Shown here: in pieces, positions 24,861 through 38,334 of the stretch
Position numbering within the stretch: the stretch's first letter is position 1
How the letters are laid out: each line of letters opens with the position of its first letter
Source of the DNA: Narcine bancroftii
Taxonomy: Eukaryota
Length of the DNA: 64,000 nt
Direction: 5' to 3'
Assembly: GCF_036971445.1 (NCBI RefSeq)
Contig: NC_091469.1
Span: forward strand, 294,810,001-294,874,000
Program-made: the position numbers and the translations under genes
The notes under the pieces: model-generated
The model's input: the letters and a program-made list of their open reading frames with translations, nothing else
Database searches by the model: none
Told to the model about the DNA's origin: nothing

Positions 24861-25420
24861 GCTTTACTTAATGTCACCATGTTGGGTAAAAAAAATAACT
24901 ACAATACTAGGAAACAATACCTTGTGAGAGCAGTGGCATCAAAAGTTTTACACAGAGCAGGGATTGGAGAGTCTAATTACAATATTTTCTCCAGTTTATT
25001 GATTAAGGTCAGATATTGCCACTTGGATTCTCAACGCTCCTTGCATAAAAGTGTTTTTTTTAGGTTGATTTGTTTAAAAAGAGACATTTTCCTATAAAAG
25101 CGGATGGAGAAGAGAAATCATCGGTCGTACACTAAGCTTGCTGTCGTTTGCACAGAAAATGGTATATGTTCTTTGCCATTTTTTCTGATCTCTCAGGTGT
25201 GAGAAAAGCATGATGCAAACAGACTACGTCTCAAGCTAAAATTACAAATGTATTTACGACAATAGCAAAATGTATATTGAACCAAATTAAATCAAGAGAA
25301 TAAAAATGTCAGTGTAGAATTAACATCCAGTAGTTGAACATTTATGCACAGTAAAAAAAAATCTTCTCTTGAATATTAATAAATTCTTTCAATCTCCCAC
25401 ACCCACCCATACACTCACCA

Positions 25421-25433
25421 CCCCCCCCCCCCC

Positions 25434-25487
<54 letters not shown>
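25421..25487. repeat. poly-C plus (CA)n microsatellite
   Basis: Seen directly. Confidence 0.95.
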
Positions 25488-25490
<3 letters not shown>

Positions 25491-25674
25491 GACGGGCATG
25501 GGCCACCAGCATGTTCATTTGTTCTTTTTTCATCTGATGGTTGTGGATGGAGAAACCTCATGTGCCCAAACTAAACAATAGAGGCCGATCACAAGACCTT
25601 TAAAAGGCTCAGAACTTTTATCACCTAGTTTCACATTTTGAGCAGAACATGATCCATTTTCAGTGACTAAAACA

Positions 25675-26012
25675 TAGACCATACCAGAATTGTACAGGCC
25701 CTTCAGCCCATGATGTTGTGCCAATCTGTATAAACCTCCTCAACAATCTAAACCTTTCCTTCTTCACACCCATAGCCCTCTATTTTTCTTGCATCTATGT
25801 GCTTGTCTAAGAGTCTTTAAAATGTCCCAATAGTGTTCAGCCTCCGCCCCACCCCTGGCAATACATTCCAGTCTCTTGTGTGCAAAAACAATTACCCATG
25901 ATTTCTCCCCTAAACTTTCCTTCCCACATCTTGAATAGATGTCCTTATGTATTTGCCACTGTTTCCCCCAGGAAATGGTGCTGGCTGTCCACACAATCCG
26001 ATACCTCTCATT
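25675..26012 (-). mobile_element. CR1 LINE 3' fragment
   Basis: Reverse complement of the CR1 3' end (tacaggcccttcagccca...ctaagagtctttaaaatgtc...ccccaggcaa-like) seen at ~21000-21130. Confidence 0.7.
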
Positions 26013-29000
26013 AGTTAGAACTAATTCAGATTTTGTAAATTCCTGTGTTTTTCACAAGTTCAGGTTTCTCATTCCAGGACCCCCACCTATTCTGGAGGCA
26101 GGTAAGGCCATGCGTGCAGCTGGTCCACTTGAAGATCGTGACTTTGCTCACTCTGTGGGCAATTCTGAACCACAAGATACCCGACAAACTGGAGGTACAA
26201 ACTGGAGCTTCATAGTTCTAAGCCTTCATGGGTACAAACTGGAGCTTCATAGTTCTAAGCCTTCCTGGGCTCGCCAACTACTAATTACCAATTAATCTTA
26301 ACCCTTCCTCCACTCCCAATGATTAATGCTACCCATCAGACTGCTATTTATACCCTATCTCACAACCAAACACCCCTACCTACCCTTCCTCCACCCACCA
26401 TCCATTTACTGATCTTCTTTCTCCCCACTAATAATCAATCCTATCCTCTAGTCTACTCATTCTAACTCCACACAACCATCTAATCCTCCTCAACCATGAC
26501 CAGTAAGGCCACTGAACATTTGCCCTTTTTCTGGTATCCTACCCTCTCCTCCAATTTACAAACTTTCTCCCATAAAGGATCTCAGGCATCCGACCTTTTC
26601 CTCATTCCTTTGCACATGAATAACCAGCCAGCTCTGCCTTTCTGACATTAAACTCACTGACAAACTCCTTTCTTTCACCCCCCCCCACCCCCCACCCCGA
26701 CCCCCACCATTCCCATCCTTTCTTCTCTGGTGCTTCCCTCCCCATGATTGGCCTAATTCCTTCCTTCATTTGACCCAAAACAATGTCTGGAAGCACCAAC
26801 ACCTATTCACTTGCATACAACATGCTGGAATCTGTACACCACTCAATTTCTCAAACAGCAGCTGTTACTCAATGTTGAATGTGCAGACCAATTTCCTGGT
26901 GCACATTTTTGAATGAGACAATTATTCTGTATTTATTTCAGTCTGGAAGTTCAGTGCAGTTTTCCTTCTTCCCGTGCCTCATTCCCCCTTTTATTTGACT
27001 CATTTGTCAGTCCAGCCCCAAAGCAGAGGTCAGATGTGCCAATGCGCATGGCTGATTCTGCCTACAGATCCAAATCCAGCTGAGCAATGATCAGCTGGCG
27101 TTTCTCCAAGGAAGCAGGTTCATCAGCTTGATTCAGACATTTGGCTATTCCATCCCCAGAAGGGGCCCATCAGCTTCTCAGTCGATTCACAAATCTGAAT
27201 TAAATTTTGAATTGAACTTTTTTGTTGTCTTGTGTTCCAAGATCTAGCGAAAATCTTTTTTTGCCTGCTATCCAGACAAGTCAGTCCATACTTAATGGTA
27301 AAGAAATGTGCAAGGTTTAATTTATTAAGTGTAGGTGTAGTGTTATTGGGACAAAGTGTAGGATTCAGAGAAAAGTGTAGCATTTGGAGAAAAGTACAGT
27401 TTAACAATGCGGGGACATTATCTTTTGAGCATTCCATTGTGGTGTCTGATAACAGTACGAAAGAAACTATCCTTGAATCTGGAGGTTTGTGTTTTCAATC
27501 TCATGTCAACTCGGTCATGGAAGTGGGGAGGGGGGTGGGGGGAGAAGAGTAACTGAGGTGAGATGGGTCTTTCAATATTGTGTGTAATTTTGCCAAGGCA
27601 AAACAACGTGCTCCAAGGGGTTAGTGCCATCACTTGAAGTGCAGTGGTTCAAGAAAGCAGTTTTCTGAAAGGCAATTAGGTCAACAAATCTTTGCCAATG
27701 TGTATCCACATCAGGTCAATGAATTTGGGGGAAACAAAACAAAAAAAAGCTCACCATTCATGGAAGTCCATGTTTCCAGTTTATGGTATAGAGATCATTC
27801 TTTTTCAATGAGGGCCACAGACATTGAAGTAAAAGCCTTGTTTTCATTTCACCTCACGTAACCTAAGCATTTTAAAATGTCTTTTTTATGTAATTGGTAG
27901 GAGAGAAGTGCAGAAGAAACCAAAAATTGGCTGCTTCACAGGAAAGGGGGCGGGAGCAGGGGGGGGGGCATAACTTTGAGCAGAGTCCTAGTGGTGGGGT
28001 TGCTCCTAGCCGAAGAAAGATTAAGGATAGCTGGTATAGGGTCATGCAGCACAGAAGTAGACCCTTCAGCCCAACTTGTCCATGCTGACCATGTTGTAAT
28101 TCTGGGTTGGTCCCGTTTGGTTCTTCAGTTCTCTTCCTATCCAAACATTTGTGTTTTGAACATCATCATCGTGCCAGAATGTTGTATTTGTATGTAGCCT
28201 CAGGATAAAAAAAAGTCCTCTTTTGTATGTGTAAAATGGGACTAATTTAACTGAATTTCAGAAGCAGCCTTCAACTGCATCACATATTAAGTGCGTGCAT
28301 TTAAAGGTTTGCGTATCTTTCAAGTTAAATGCTCTTCAGGCATAAATTTACTGATGAAATGTGCAGTCTGAGATCATCCACAGCCATACTTCCATTCTCA
28401 TTTGCTGTATTTTCAAAAAAAGTTGTTTCCCTCCCCCACCTCTGTGTCTCTAGGAGAAGATGTTATTTTGATTTGCAGCGTAAACATGTGGTGGATTGAG
28501 GCTGGTTTCAATGCACTGCCCTGTTGTCGGTATGTAACTGGTAAGGAAAATGTCCTTAATTGGAACACTTTTTCTTAAATACAACTGTAGTCAGCCTGCA
28601 GCCATCGATTTTTCAAATAAAATTTTATTGGAGACTGAAAGGATATCACATGGATATTGTGAATTCTCCCACTCAAATTCATCAGTGAATCTTGGCTAAT
28701 TAATGAGGCAGCTTTGCTTGAAAGCCCTGTTGTGACAGGGCAGTACTTCATTTTTATTTCTGAAGGCAATTTTTGATTGGTGGAAACTGTAATCGTTGTG
28801 AGACATTGCTGGGCTCTGACCTGTTAATTTTACATCGCTGCTCTCTCACCGAGTTTCAGATGAAAGCTACAACAATTAGGCTTGGGTGAGCTTGGCTGAG
28901 GTCTTTCCTTTTATTCACCTTTTCTCTTTAATCTGCTTGAAACATGCGCTGATTCCTAACTCGAAACCCATGTGCATAAATGCGAGAAAATACCATACAA

Positions 29001-29729
29001 TTCCACTCAAGAGGCCCTACTTGATGGATGCATCCAAAATGCACCAAGGCACAGGAGGCAGAAAGAGATTTTTAAAAGTTATGTACATGTTGCTGAAGCA
29101 GAGTGGATTGGAATAACCCTTTGTAGTTCTCGGCATTCAGCCTTTCGGAATGAAACAGAGTCGATCCAATATCTCCGACTAGCCATGTGAGCTGCAGTGA
29201 GAAATGAAGTAGCCCTGGGCAGCGAATCGAGAAGGTCGCAGATGTCATTGCTGTGGCTCTTCACAAGCAGCCAGAGAGCACTTGCTCCCTGTCCAATCAG
29301 CACTTCGTTAATTTAACCTGCATGCAGTAATAATTATTCAATTACCTCACTAATAAGAAAAGAATGAACTGACAAATATGTTGTGTTGGAAAGTTTAAAG
29401 GACATTGATGTGGAAGCAGGAAGGTGATTGATTGTGCCTTATCTGCTTTCAAAGTCCATTTTCAATTATAATCTCAAGTTGGGTTTTGTAAGGCTACAGG
29501 GATACCAGAGCAGCATAAATTTCTATTGAATATCCCACGCTTTTCAAGAACAAAACCTACAGCTGATTGGCTAAGGAAGGACTGCAATACACCTTGAGAG
29601 AGCCTATTGCAAATTCAGGCCTGTTTGGGACCAGATTTACTTTGCATACTAACATCTTTGATGTGAATATATTTTTAAAAATGCTTCAGTGACTTTTTTA
29701 AGCATGGCTAATTATATATCCTGAGTCTG

Positions 29730-30105
29730 TGAGGAGGGGGGGGGGGTGTGGGAGGGGCAGGGTGGGTGTGGAAGAGGATGTGAGTGGGAGGGGCAGAGTT
29801 GGCGTGGAAGGGGAAAGGAGGGAGGATGTGAGGTGGGGGGAGGGAAGGAGAGGAGGATGTGCAGGAGGGGCACAGTGGTCATGGGGAGTAGGATTGTGGG
29901 GCGGAGAGGAGGACTGGTTGTGGAGGTGAGGAGGGGATGTGGAAGTGAGGAGAGTGGGCAAGGCTGAGTCTGGAGGGGCAGGGAGGAGGGAAACAGGTGG
30001 AATGAGTAGGGAGGGGAGTGAGTGGAGAAGGGAGCAGAGTGAGCTCACAGAAGGGAGGCAGGTAAGTATGGGGAGGGGAGAGTGGGTGAGTACCTGGTTG
30101 TGGAG
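29730..30105. repeat. G/A-rich low-complexity tract
   Basis: Dense GGAGG/GGGG runs with few C or T. Confidence 0.8.
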
Positions 30106-30424
30106 GAAATATCAGAGATTTTCAGAGAAGAATCAGGAAGTTAAAAGCTGGTAAAAAGAAACAGAGAATTTTGCAAGTGTGTCAAGGAATGAGTCAAGGA
30201 TTCTGAAGGCAGAGTACTGGTACCAGGAGAAGATTAATGGAGGAGTGGGGTCAGGGTGGTGACATGAATGGTGCAGGAAGAGATCAAAGTTACTGCAAGG
30301 GCTTCGGCAGGGCATAAAGACTGATCTCCAGGGGTTCAAGGACCATCACTATAGATTAAATAAAAAATAAAGCATGAACTTTGGTTATGGATTCCCAATT
30401 ACAGCTCAGGTAAAAATGCTCTTC

Positions 30425-30900
30425 AAAGTTCAGATTTATTGTCAGAGTACATGCATGACGTCACATACAAACTTGAGATTCTTTTCTTGCGGGTGAGGCA
30501 GAATTCCCACTGGTAGGGGGAAAAGCTCAGCATTCACATATACTGTAAACATAAAGAAATGTGAACAAACTGTGTAATACAGAGAGAAAATAAATCAATA
30601 AAGTGCAAAATTAAGCGTCCTTCACTGAATCTCTGATTGAGTTTGTTGTTGAGGAGTCAGATGGTGAAGTGGTCGTAGCTGTTCTTTAATCTAGTGGTGT
30701 GAGTCTTGTGGCACCGAGATCTCTTTCCTGATGGTAACAGCAAGAACAGAGCATGTCCTGGGTGGTGTGGATCCTTGATGATTGCTGCTTTTCTCTGACG
30801 ACAGCATTCGATTGTGGGGAGGGTTTTGCCAGTGATATCCTGGGCTGCGTCCACTACCTTTTGCAGAGCTTTCTGGTCGGGGTCCCCATATGAAACTGTC
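30425..30900 (-). mobile_element. Rex/Babar-type LINE 3' fragment
   Basis: QKVVDAAQDITG...IIKDPHHPGHALFLLLPSGKR; same family as 41405-42010. Confidence 0.82.
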
Positions 30901-31231
30901 ATCCATGCTGGGTCAGAACTGCTCCAGTGCTTGAGGCTGCATAGTCCGTGTTCTGTGTGGAAGGGTTGTTCATTTACCCCTGTGATAACACAGTGAATGT
31001 ATGAGGGCATTCATGCGTACCTGCTGGATTTTAATTGAGTTTCTTAAAGAGTCCCATTGTGCAGATCAATGGGATGAGACAGAACAATAGTTCACCACAG
31101 GCTCGATGGGATGAAGGGCCTGTTTCTGTGCTGTAGTGTCCTGGTTCCAAGAGTTGCATGTGCATCTGTTTTTTTTTTAAGAAAAGACACTACACAAGGT
31201 ACCTTTTCACCCAAAGCCAAATTAACAATGA

Positions 31232-31441
<210 letters not shown>

Positions 31442-31814
31442 TGACCAGCCCAAGGCAAACGAGTCAATGAAATTGCCATCAAAGCAGTCATACAAAATGG
31501 CACTGTATATATTTGAAAAGGAAAAAGTATGTCTCATGGTTAATGTGGTTTATGGTGTGAAAAATAAAAAATTAAAAAAGCAGTCATACAAATTTGGAAT
31601 TGGAGCAAAGGAAGCTGAGGGGGTGGGGAATCTTATTCAAGATTCCTTTATTGTCATGCAATAAAGACAGTGTAATATTACACGGAATTTGCTTTCATCT
31701 GCCGTAAGCCATTCAGATTAGCCGCCGGCAGAAATTGCCTGAAGGAGAAGCCAAAGTGAGTCCGTGGATTTGCCTCCAGCAATGCCGCAGCCAACACAGA
31801 ATTCGGTCCAATCG

Positions 31815-32350
31815 TAAAATTATGAAGGACGTAGATAAGGTAAATAGTTAAAATCTTATTTAGAGGAACCCAAGACTGGAGGGCAGATTTTTAAAGTGTG
31901 AGAGGAAGGATTGAAAAGGAATACCCATTTCACTCGGGTGGCACAAGCTAATAAAGGAAGTGGTAGAGCGAGTACCATTGTAACATTTAAAAGACATTGA
32001 GACAGGGACATGGATTAGAGGGATAAAAGGGAGAATTTTTTTTAATTAAAAAAAAAGACGTATTTCACGCAGAGTGGTGAGATTGTGGAACGAGCTGCTA
32101 GCTGAAGTGAATACCATCTCGATTTTCACATACAAGAAAAAAAAAATGGATAGCTACGTGGAATGGAGGAGTATGGAGAGCTATGAATTGAGTGAGTGGG
32201 ACAAGACAGAAAAATAGTTCGCCATGCACTAGGTGGACTAAAGGGCCTGTTTCTCTGCTATGGTTCTGTGAAATGGGCTAAATATAGACAAATGGAATTA
32301 ACTTGAGTCGACAACTTGGTCAGCTCTACTTGGGCTAAAGGTCCTGCTTA
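31815..32350 (+). mobile_element. Two interleaved CR1 3' fragments
   Basis: aaaattatgaagg..gataaggtaaata, catttaaaagacattgagacagg and two ggcctgtttct/ggtcctgctt 3' ends. Confidence 0.65.
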
Positions 32351-32353
32351 CAG

Positions 32354-32521
32354 CAGTGATTCTCAATCCTGTTTACCCCACTCACATACCACCTTATGTA
32401 ATCCCTTACTAACCCCAGAGCACCGATGGCATCCTTTGCCATAGGTGCTCCATGGTTAGCAAGGGATTACTTAAGATGGTATGTGATTGGTGGGGGGAGG
32501 GGGGGAAGTGGAGAACCACTG
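32354..32521. mobile_element. hAT MITE, monomer variant
   Basis: TIRs CAGTGATTCTCAA / GGAGAACCACTG; flanks GCTTACAG / GTTTACAC. Confidence 0.8.
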
Positions 32522-33309
32522 GTTTACACAGAACATAGGACATTACAGTACAGGCTCTTCAGCCCATGACATTGGGCTAACCAATGTGAACTACTCCACA
32601 ACAACAACCGAATTTTACCCCTACCTCACATCCATAACCCTCTACTTTCCTGTTTCCATGCTGTATAGCTGACTCTAAATGAGCATAGTTTGAATCACAA
32701 ATAATATTTGTGATTCACAAATAACATCATAACATCATAAAATAATTTTTTTCAAAATATAAACTTATTTACAATATTTTTTTTTAAAAAGGAAACCATT
32801 CAAAATTTTTTTTCTTGTCCTGAGTGTCATATCCACACATTTCCATCAATGTCCATTGTTCCATACATTCCGTATTGTGCACCCCTTGCCATCACTCTGG
32901 TACCTTCTCGTTACTTTCCCCTCTGTTGTTTACGGGACTTCCCCTCGGTGTCAGTCCTTCGATGCCTGGAGACGCAAGGACTCTGGACTGTGATCTTTTC
33001 CTGCAGCAATCTCGCTGAGCCAAGCCTCAGTGCATCAGCACGTCCTCCTTCAACCTGGAATGTGCAAATAACGCTGGACCACAAATTTATTGAAGAGGCT
33101 AGCTTCCTGAAAAAAAACTGGGGATTGTGATAGACAACTAGCTGAACACAAAGAAAATTTCAGATTTTGCTGTATCAAGTAGGAAGTTGGACAAACATTA
33201 ATTAACTTTCATTGCATTTAGCATGTTTAATCACATAATGATGTTGACATGTGTTCGTTCAACTGACCTGAAAATGTTTTGCTGCTGATTTTTGTTTGTA
33301 CTCAACATC

Positions 33310-33681
33310 TGATGCCTTTCATGTCAGTATCCAACAATAGTCGGTCAGCATTGATGGATTCCAGTTTCCCTGAAAACGCTTTTCCATGGTCGCAATGTCC
33401 TGGAGAAACCTTTCACCATGTTCGTCACTGACTGCACCAAGGTCAGCAGGGAAGACGTCCATGTGCGAATGTAGAAAATTAATTTTCAATGACATGTTGA
33501 ACGTCATGGTTCTGTATGCTTGAAGTAGACTTAAAATCTGACAAGAGATCACAAAGTTTGTATTATATCTAAAAGACAGTATATGATATGAAAATTGTAA
33601 GATGATTTTTGTGATCATCAGCCCAAAATCCATAAAATACACCCAAAAATGTTCAGGAAGCAAAATCTTCATTGTCCACTG
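33310..33681 (-). mobile_element. DNA transposon deletion derivative, Chapaev3-like (CMC group)
   Basis: MSLKINFLHSHMDVFPADLGAVSDEHGERFLQDIATMEKRFQGNWNPSMLTDYCW transposase C-terminus fused to a terminus-like CAGTGGACAATGAAGATTTTGC. Family assigned from recalled motif only. Confidence 0.6.
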
Positions 33682-34276
33682 TAGTTAATGTTGAGTGAGC
33701 AAAATCTGGCTGAAACTCAGTACAAAACTTTAACATAAATGGCCAAGAGTTCACGTTTTGTGTATTGTATGGTGAGCTGTCATCTTTATGTGTGGGTTGT
33801 GGCATAACAGATAACAGAAATACTGTTGGATAAACAGTTCTCTGCACATACATCTATGAAGCATAAAAATGGAAATTGATTCATGCTTGCCACAGCATTG
33901 TTCAATGTTGAGGCCCAGCTGAGATTACCGCAAGACTTCTGGAAAATACTGCAGTGCTGCATTTTTTTAAAAATGGATTGGATAAATGGAGCCTTAATAA
34001 CATTATTTCACTTTCAGTTTTTGCTGGAAGATACTCATTGATAAACTGAAGTTGAAAAGTAAACACTTGGTACTACAATTATTAAGTTGAATGATCAGAG
34101 ACAATTTCTGATTGTTAATTTTCAATACCACTAATAAATCCTGCCTTTAAATTTAAAAATTGAATTGCACAATTCAATTTTTATGAATTGAAAATTGACA
34201 AATTTTCAATTGGAATTTGACAATTTCAATTAAGAACACCAGACAATGAATTTCAGACCGTACAAATTTACTACAG

Positions 34277-34281
<5 letters not shown>

Positions 34282-34314
<33 letters not shown>
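34282..34314. repeat. (TC)n microsatellite
   Basis: Seen directly. Confidence 0.95.
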
Positions 34315-34316
<2 letters not shown>

Positions 34317-35284
34317 TGGTACTTCAGATGTTTACCTTCATATGTTTCCTCTTGTTATTGATTCTCCTGCCAGTTTTCCATGAGTCGCATTTCTGGGACT
34401 TGGGTTCGATTGTGACCTCAGGTTCTGCCTGTGCATGACTTCCCACTATCTCTCTATGATTGCATGGATTTTGTTTTCTCCAGGTACAGAAACATGTTGG
34501 TAGGTTAATTGGCTGCTGTTAATTATCACTAAGTGCAGATTAATTGCAGAAGGAATCAAAGGGTAGTTGATGGGCATGTTTGAATAAGAATAACTTGCAG
34601 GGAAACAAAAATACACTGTATAGAGAAGGAGAATGGAACTAATGAGACTGCCTTACTGAAGATCCAGCCAAGGTTGAATAGAGCTTTTCATACAGTTATA
34701 AGTGTAATATGAGAATAAAAATTAAACAACGGGACAAAACAAATCAAAATGAGCATAGCCTGCCTGATTCCACAAACCCATTCTTCCATTTACTGAAATC
34801 GTAGTGTATCCCTCCCTCCCCTGCATGTTCTTTCCACGCTATTCCCTTGGTATCAGGACATTTATTGACCATGGCAGTCCACAACCATCTGGATTAAAGA
34901 ATTGCCCAAAATTTACATTTTTGGGGGGGTGAGAAAATGTTTCCTCTTTGTTGTCTTAAATAGCTGATTATTTTGTGACTGCAACTCAAAGTTTCTGTCC
35001 CTCTCCAGCCTAATTTATTCAAAGTCTTTTTGAATTGTGCAAGGGTCAAATGGGTCACTTCCATTTCTAACCAGAAATGCTCAGTAATTTTTTTAAAAAT
35101 TGAGACATCCAGCACAGTAACAGGCCCTTTGGCTCATGTGCTGCCCAAGCACCCACAATCCCCACAAGTTTTGAAAGGTAGGAAGAAATCTGAGCACACA
35201 GAGGAGACCCATGCAGACATGGGGAGAACGTACAAACTCCTTTCAGGCAGCGCTGGATTTGAACCTAAGCCGCTGGCACTGTAA

Positions 35285-35829
35285 TCTTCTTTGGCTTGGC
35301 TTTGCGGACGAAGATTTATGGAGGGGGTAAATGTCCACGTCAGCTGCAGGCTCGTTTGTGGCTGACAAGTCCGATGCGGGACAGGCAGACACGGTTGCAG
35401 CGGTTGCAGGGGAAAATTGGTTGGTTGGGGTTGGGTGTTGGGTTTTTCCTCCTTTGCCTTTTGTCAGTGAGGTGGGCTCTGCGGTCTTCTTCAAAGGAGG
35501 TTGCTGCCTGCCAAACTGTGAGGCACCAAGATGCACGGTTTGAGGCGATATCAGCCCACTGGTGGTGGTCAATGTGGCAGGCACCAAGAGATTTCTTTAG
35601 GCAGTCCTTGTACCTTTTCTTTGGTGCACCTCTGTCACGGTGGCCAGTGGAGAGCTCGCCATATAACACGATCTTGGGAAGGCGATGGTCCTCCATTCTG
35701 GAGACGTGACCCACCCAGCGCAGCTGGATCTTCAGCAGCGTGGACTCGATGCTGTCAACCTCTGCCATCTCGAGTACTTCGACGTTAGGGATGAAAGCGC
35801 TCCAATGAATGTTGAGGATGGAGCGGAGA
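35285..35829 (-). mobile_element. RTE-clade LINE, 5'-truncated young copy inserted into a SINE
   Basis: ORF 35340-35768 differs from 14381-14809 at 7 of 142 aa; same 3' tail; the host SINE continues on both sides. Confidence 0.92.
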
Positions 35830-36189
35830 GCTCCATTGATAGCATTGAGCTAACCGCTACGCGAACCATGCAGCGTTCAGGCAGTATTTATGGAGATGGA
35901 AACAGCCAGTAATTTCTGTCAAAGACCTCAGAAAATTTTCTGACTTGATTCATACTTAAAGAACTTTTTGTTTTTATGTTAAATAACTCTCATTCGGTTG
36001 ATTTCTTTGCCTTTATGATGGAAATAATGTGCCTCTGCTTTCTCCCCACTGCCTCTGTCTGGGTGAGGTTAATCTGTAAATGGTATTGCAGTGGGTGTCC
36101 CAAGGATTCCAAAATAAATAAGCAGATACCATGGTTGAAGCAAAAACACAATGCTGAAGAAACTCATTTTGTGTGTCCATAGGAGTTAT

Positions 36190-36785
36190 ATACAGCATTC
36201 CCGTCGTGGCCTTCCCTGCATCAGAGAGACTGGGCGTAAACTGGAGATCGCTTCGCTGAGCTCCTTTGCTCTGTCTGCATCAGTGACTGGGACCTCCCAG
36301 TGGCCAGCCACTTCAGTTCTGCGCCCCACTCCCATCTCCCATGCTGTCATGTCTGTTCATGGCCTTGTGTACTATCCCACCGAGATCACCTGTAAATTGG
36401 AGGAGCAACCATTTGGGCCCCCTTCAACCAGATGGCTTTAACATCAACCTCCAGTTTCTACTCTCCATTCGACTTCCCTTATCTGTTGTCTTCTTTCCTC
36501 CAGCTCTGCACCCCCTTCCCTCTCCCTTCACAGAGCCACCCCTCTTCCTCCTGTTTGCTGGTGCGTCCTCCCTCCCTTACCCTCCTATTACCTCCTGCCT
36601 TTGAAACTGTGCTCCTCCCTCCTCCCTACCCCTCCACCATTTTGTTCGGGCACCTGCCTACATTTGTTCATACCTTGATGAGAGGTTCAAGCCCAAAGCG
36701 TTGGTTCTGTACCTTTATCTTTGATGTGGAAAGTAGACTATTTGACCTGCTGAGTTTCTCTTGCATTGTGTTTTTACTCCATGAT
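36190..36785 (+). mobile_element. Penelope-like element 3' fragment
   Basis: IRETGRKL (IGET.R.L endonuclease motif), CKLEEQ, LQPDGFNI; pLTR end gacctgctgagtttctc. Confidence 0.8.
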
Positions 36786-38334
36786 ACATAAACAAAGTCA
36801 CGTGACTCCTGTTTACTCTGATTTATTCAACAAAAAACTAATTGCAGAAAATGACAGTTTGAAAAAGATGTCGGAAGAATAGGTGCATTTCCAGCATCAG
36901 GTAGGTCGGTCCTTTTCTGAGAGAGCAAAAACCACGACTTTGACATTGAATTGAACTTTGATGAAAGCTTAGTAAACAAGGATAATTCTCAGCAGAATTT
37001 GGCTTTGCTCTCATCCCAAAGGGCTACGTGCGCTAAACTGTTGAATGCTTTCAAGGCAGAGACCGATGGAGTTTGAACTCTAAGGGAATAAAATAGTTCT
37101 GGGGATTGACCAGGAACTTAGTGCCGAGGTAGATAATCTTAACTCAAAAGGATTATATTGTTGAGAAGTGAATGGGAAATTACCACGTAACCTCTGAGTT
37201 GTTGGTACAGGTAATGTTGATTGAAAGAGGAATGGTGGCAGAATACTTGGGATAAATTATAAGTATATTTTGGATCTTTGTTACCATGACTCAGAGCATG
37301 GATGAAGCAGGTTGATTTTCATGCAAATATGGTTGATGAAAGGGATTAAGTTTTAATTTCCACAAATGGAATTGGTAGATGCCGGATGGGTGAATTTTCT
37401 GATGGCATGAGACTGCTAGTTGCATGAATGGCAAACTAACGGTGAGGGACGCCAAATTTTAAACTTCCGGATTTTAGTTTTCCACGATTTTTTTGTTTTT
37501 TGAGATTGCTTGAGGTTGCCATTTGCTTGAATTCCGGCTCACAGCGGCTTTGATTGTGTCACAAAGTTATGGGAAGAAGAAGAAGAAGGAGAAGCAGACG
37601 TGTGCTTGTTTGTAACTGAACCGAAGACTGAGTTAGATTGAAAACGCAGGTTATGAAGACCAGATTGACTATAACTAAATTGCTGCTGGAAACCAAGTGG
37701 GGAAGAAATAGGGGCATTGGTCTCAGGGTGGTTTATTGCATATGCTATTTCATACTCTGACATGCATGCACATTTAATGAACAATGGTTTTATAATGGAT
37801 GAAGCATCAGTCAGTGACATTAAGATGAGGCTCTTCCACGTTTACTTGCTCAAATGTACACAGACAGGAATGTCATTTATATTCCATGCAAGTAGGCAGT
37901 CCTCAAAGCGTCCAAAAATAACAAATAAAATATATATTGTTAAGTTCTATTTATTCATTTTAATCATGGCACAGAACTGTCAGAGCTGCTGAAGCAGCTG
38001 AATAGTGCGGAGATTGATGTCAAGCTCTTTCCTTTCACTGTTGTGAAAGCAGTCAACCACACCGAGGGCCTTTAGGGAATGTTTCACAGTTCTGTGAAAT
38101 CTAATTTCATTAGGTTAAACATCAAATGAAGGCAATTAAAGAAAAAAAAACAACCCGTAATTCTCATTTAATATGTAAATAAAATGAATCTGAACTGAGA
38201 TGAGTGGTGGGTTATTTCTGAAGGGAAGCTATACGAATAAGATTTCCAGATTTCCGAACAGGTTCACTTTGTGTTGGATTGTGTCTCTTTTGTTTTTAAC
38301 CATGAGGTGGCTGCAATTACACTTAGCACACAAA

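Noticed and set aside
29698-30154. Pro/Leu- and Gly/Arg-rich ORFs
   Set aside because: Low-complexity artefacts of the purine tract.
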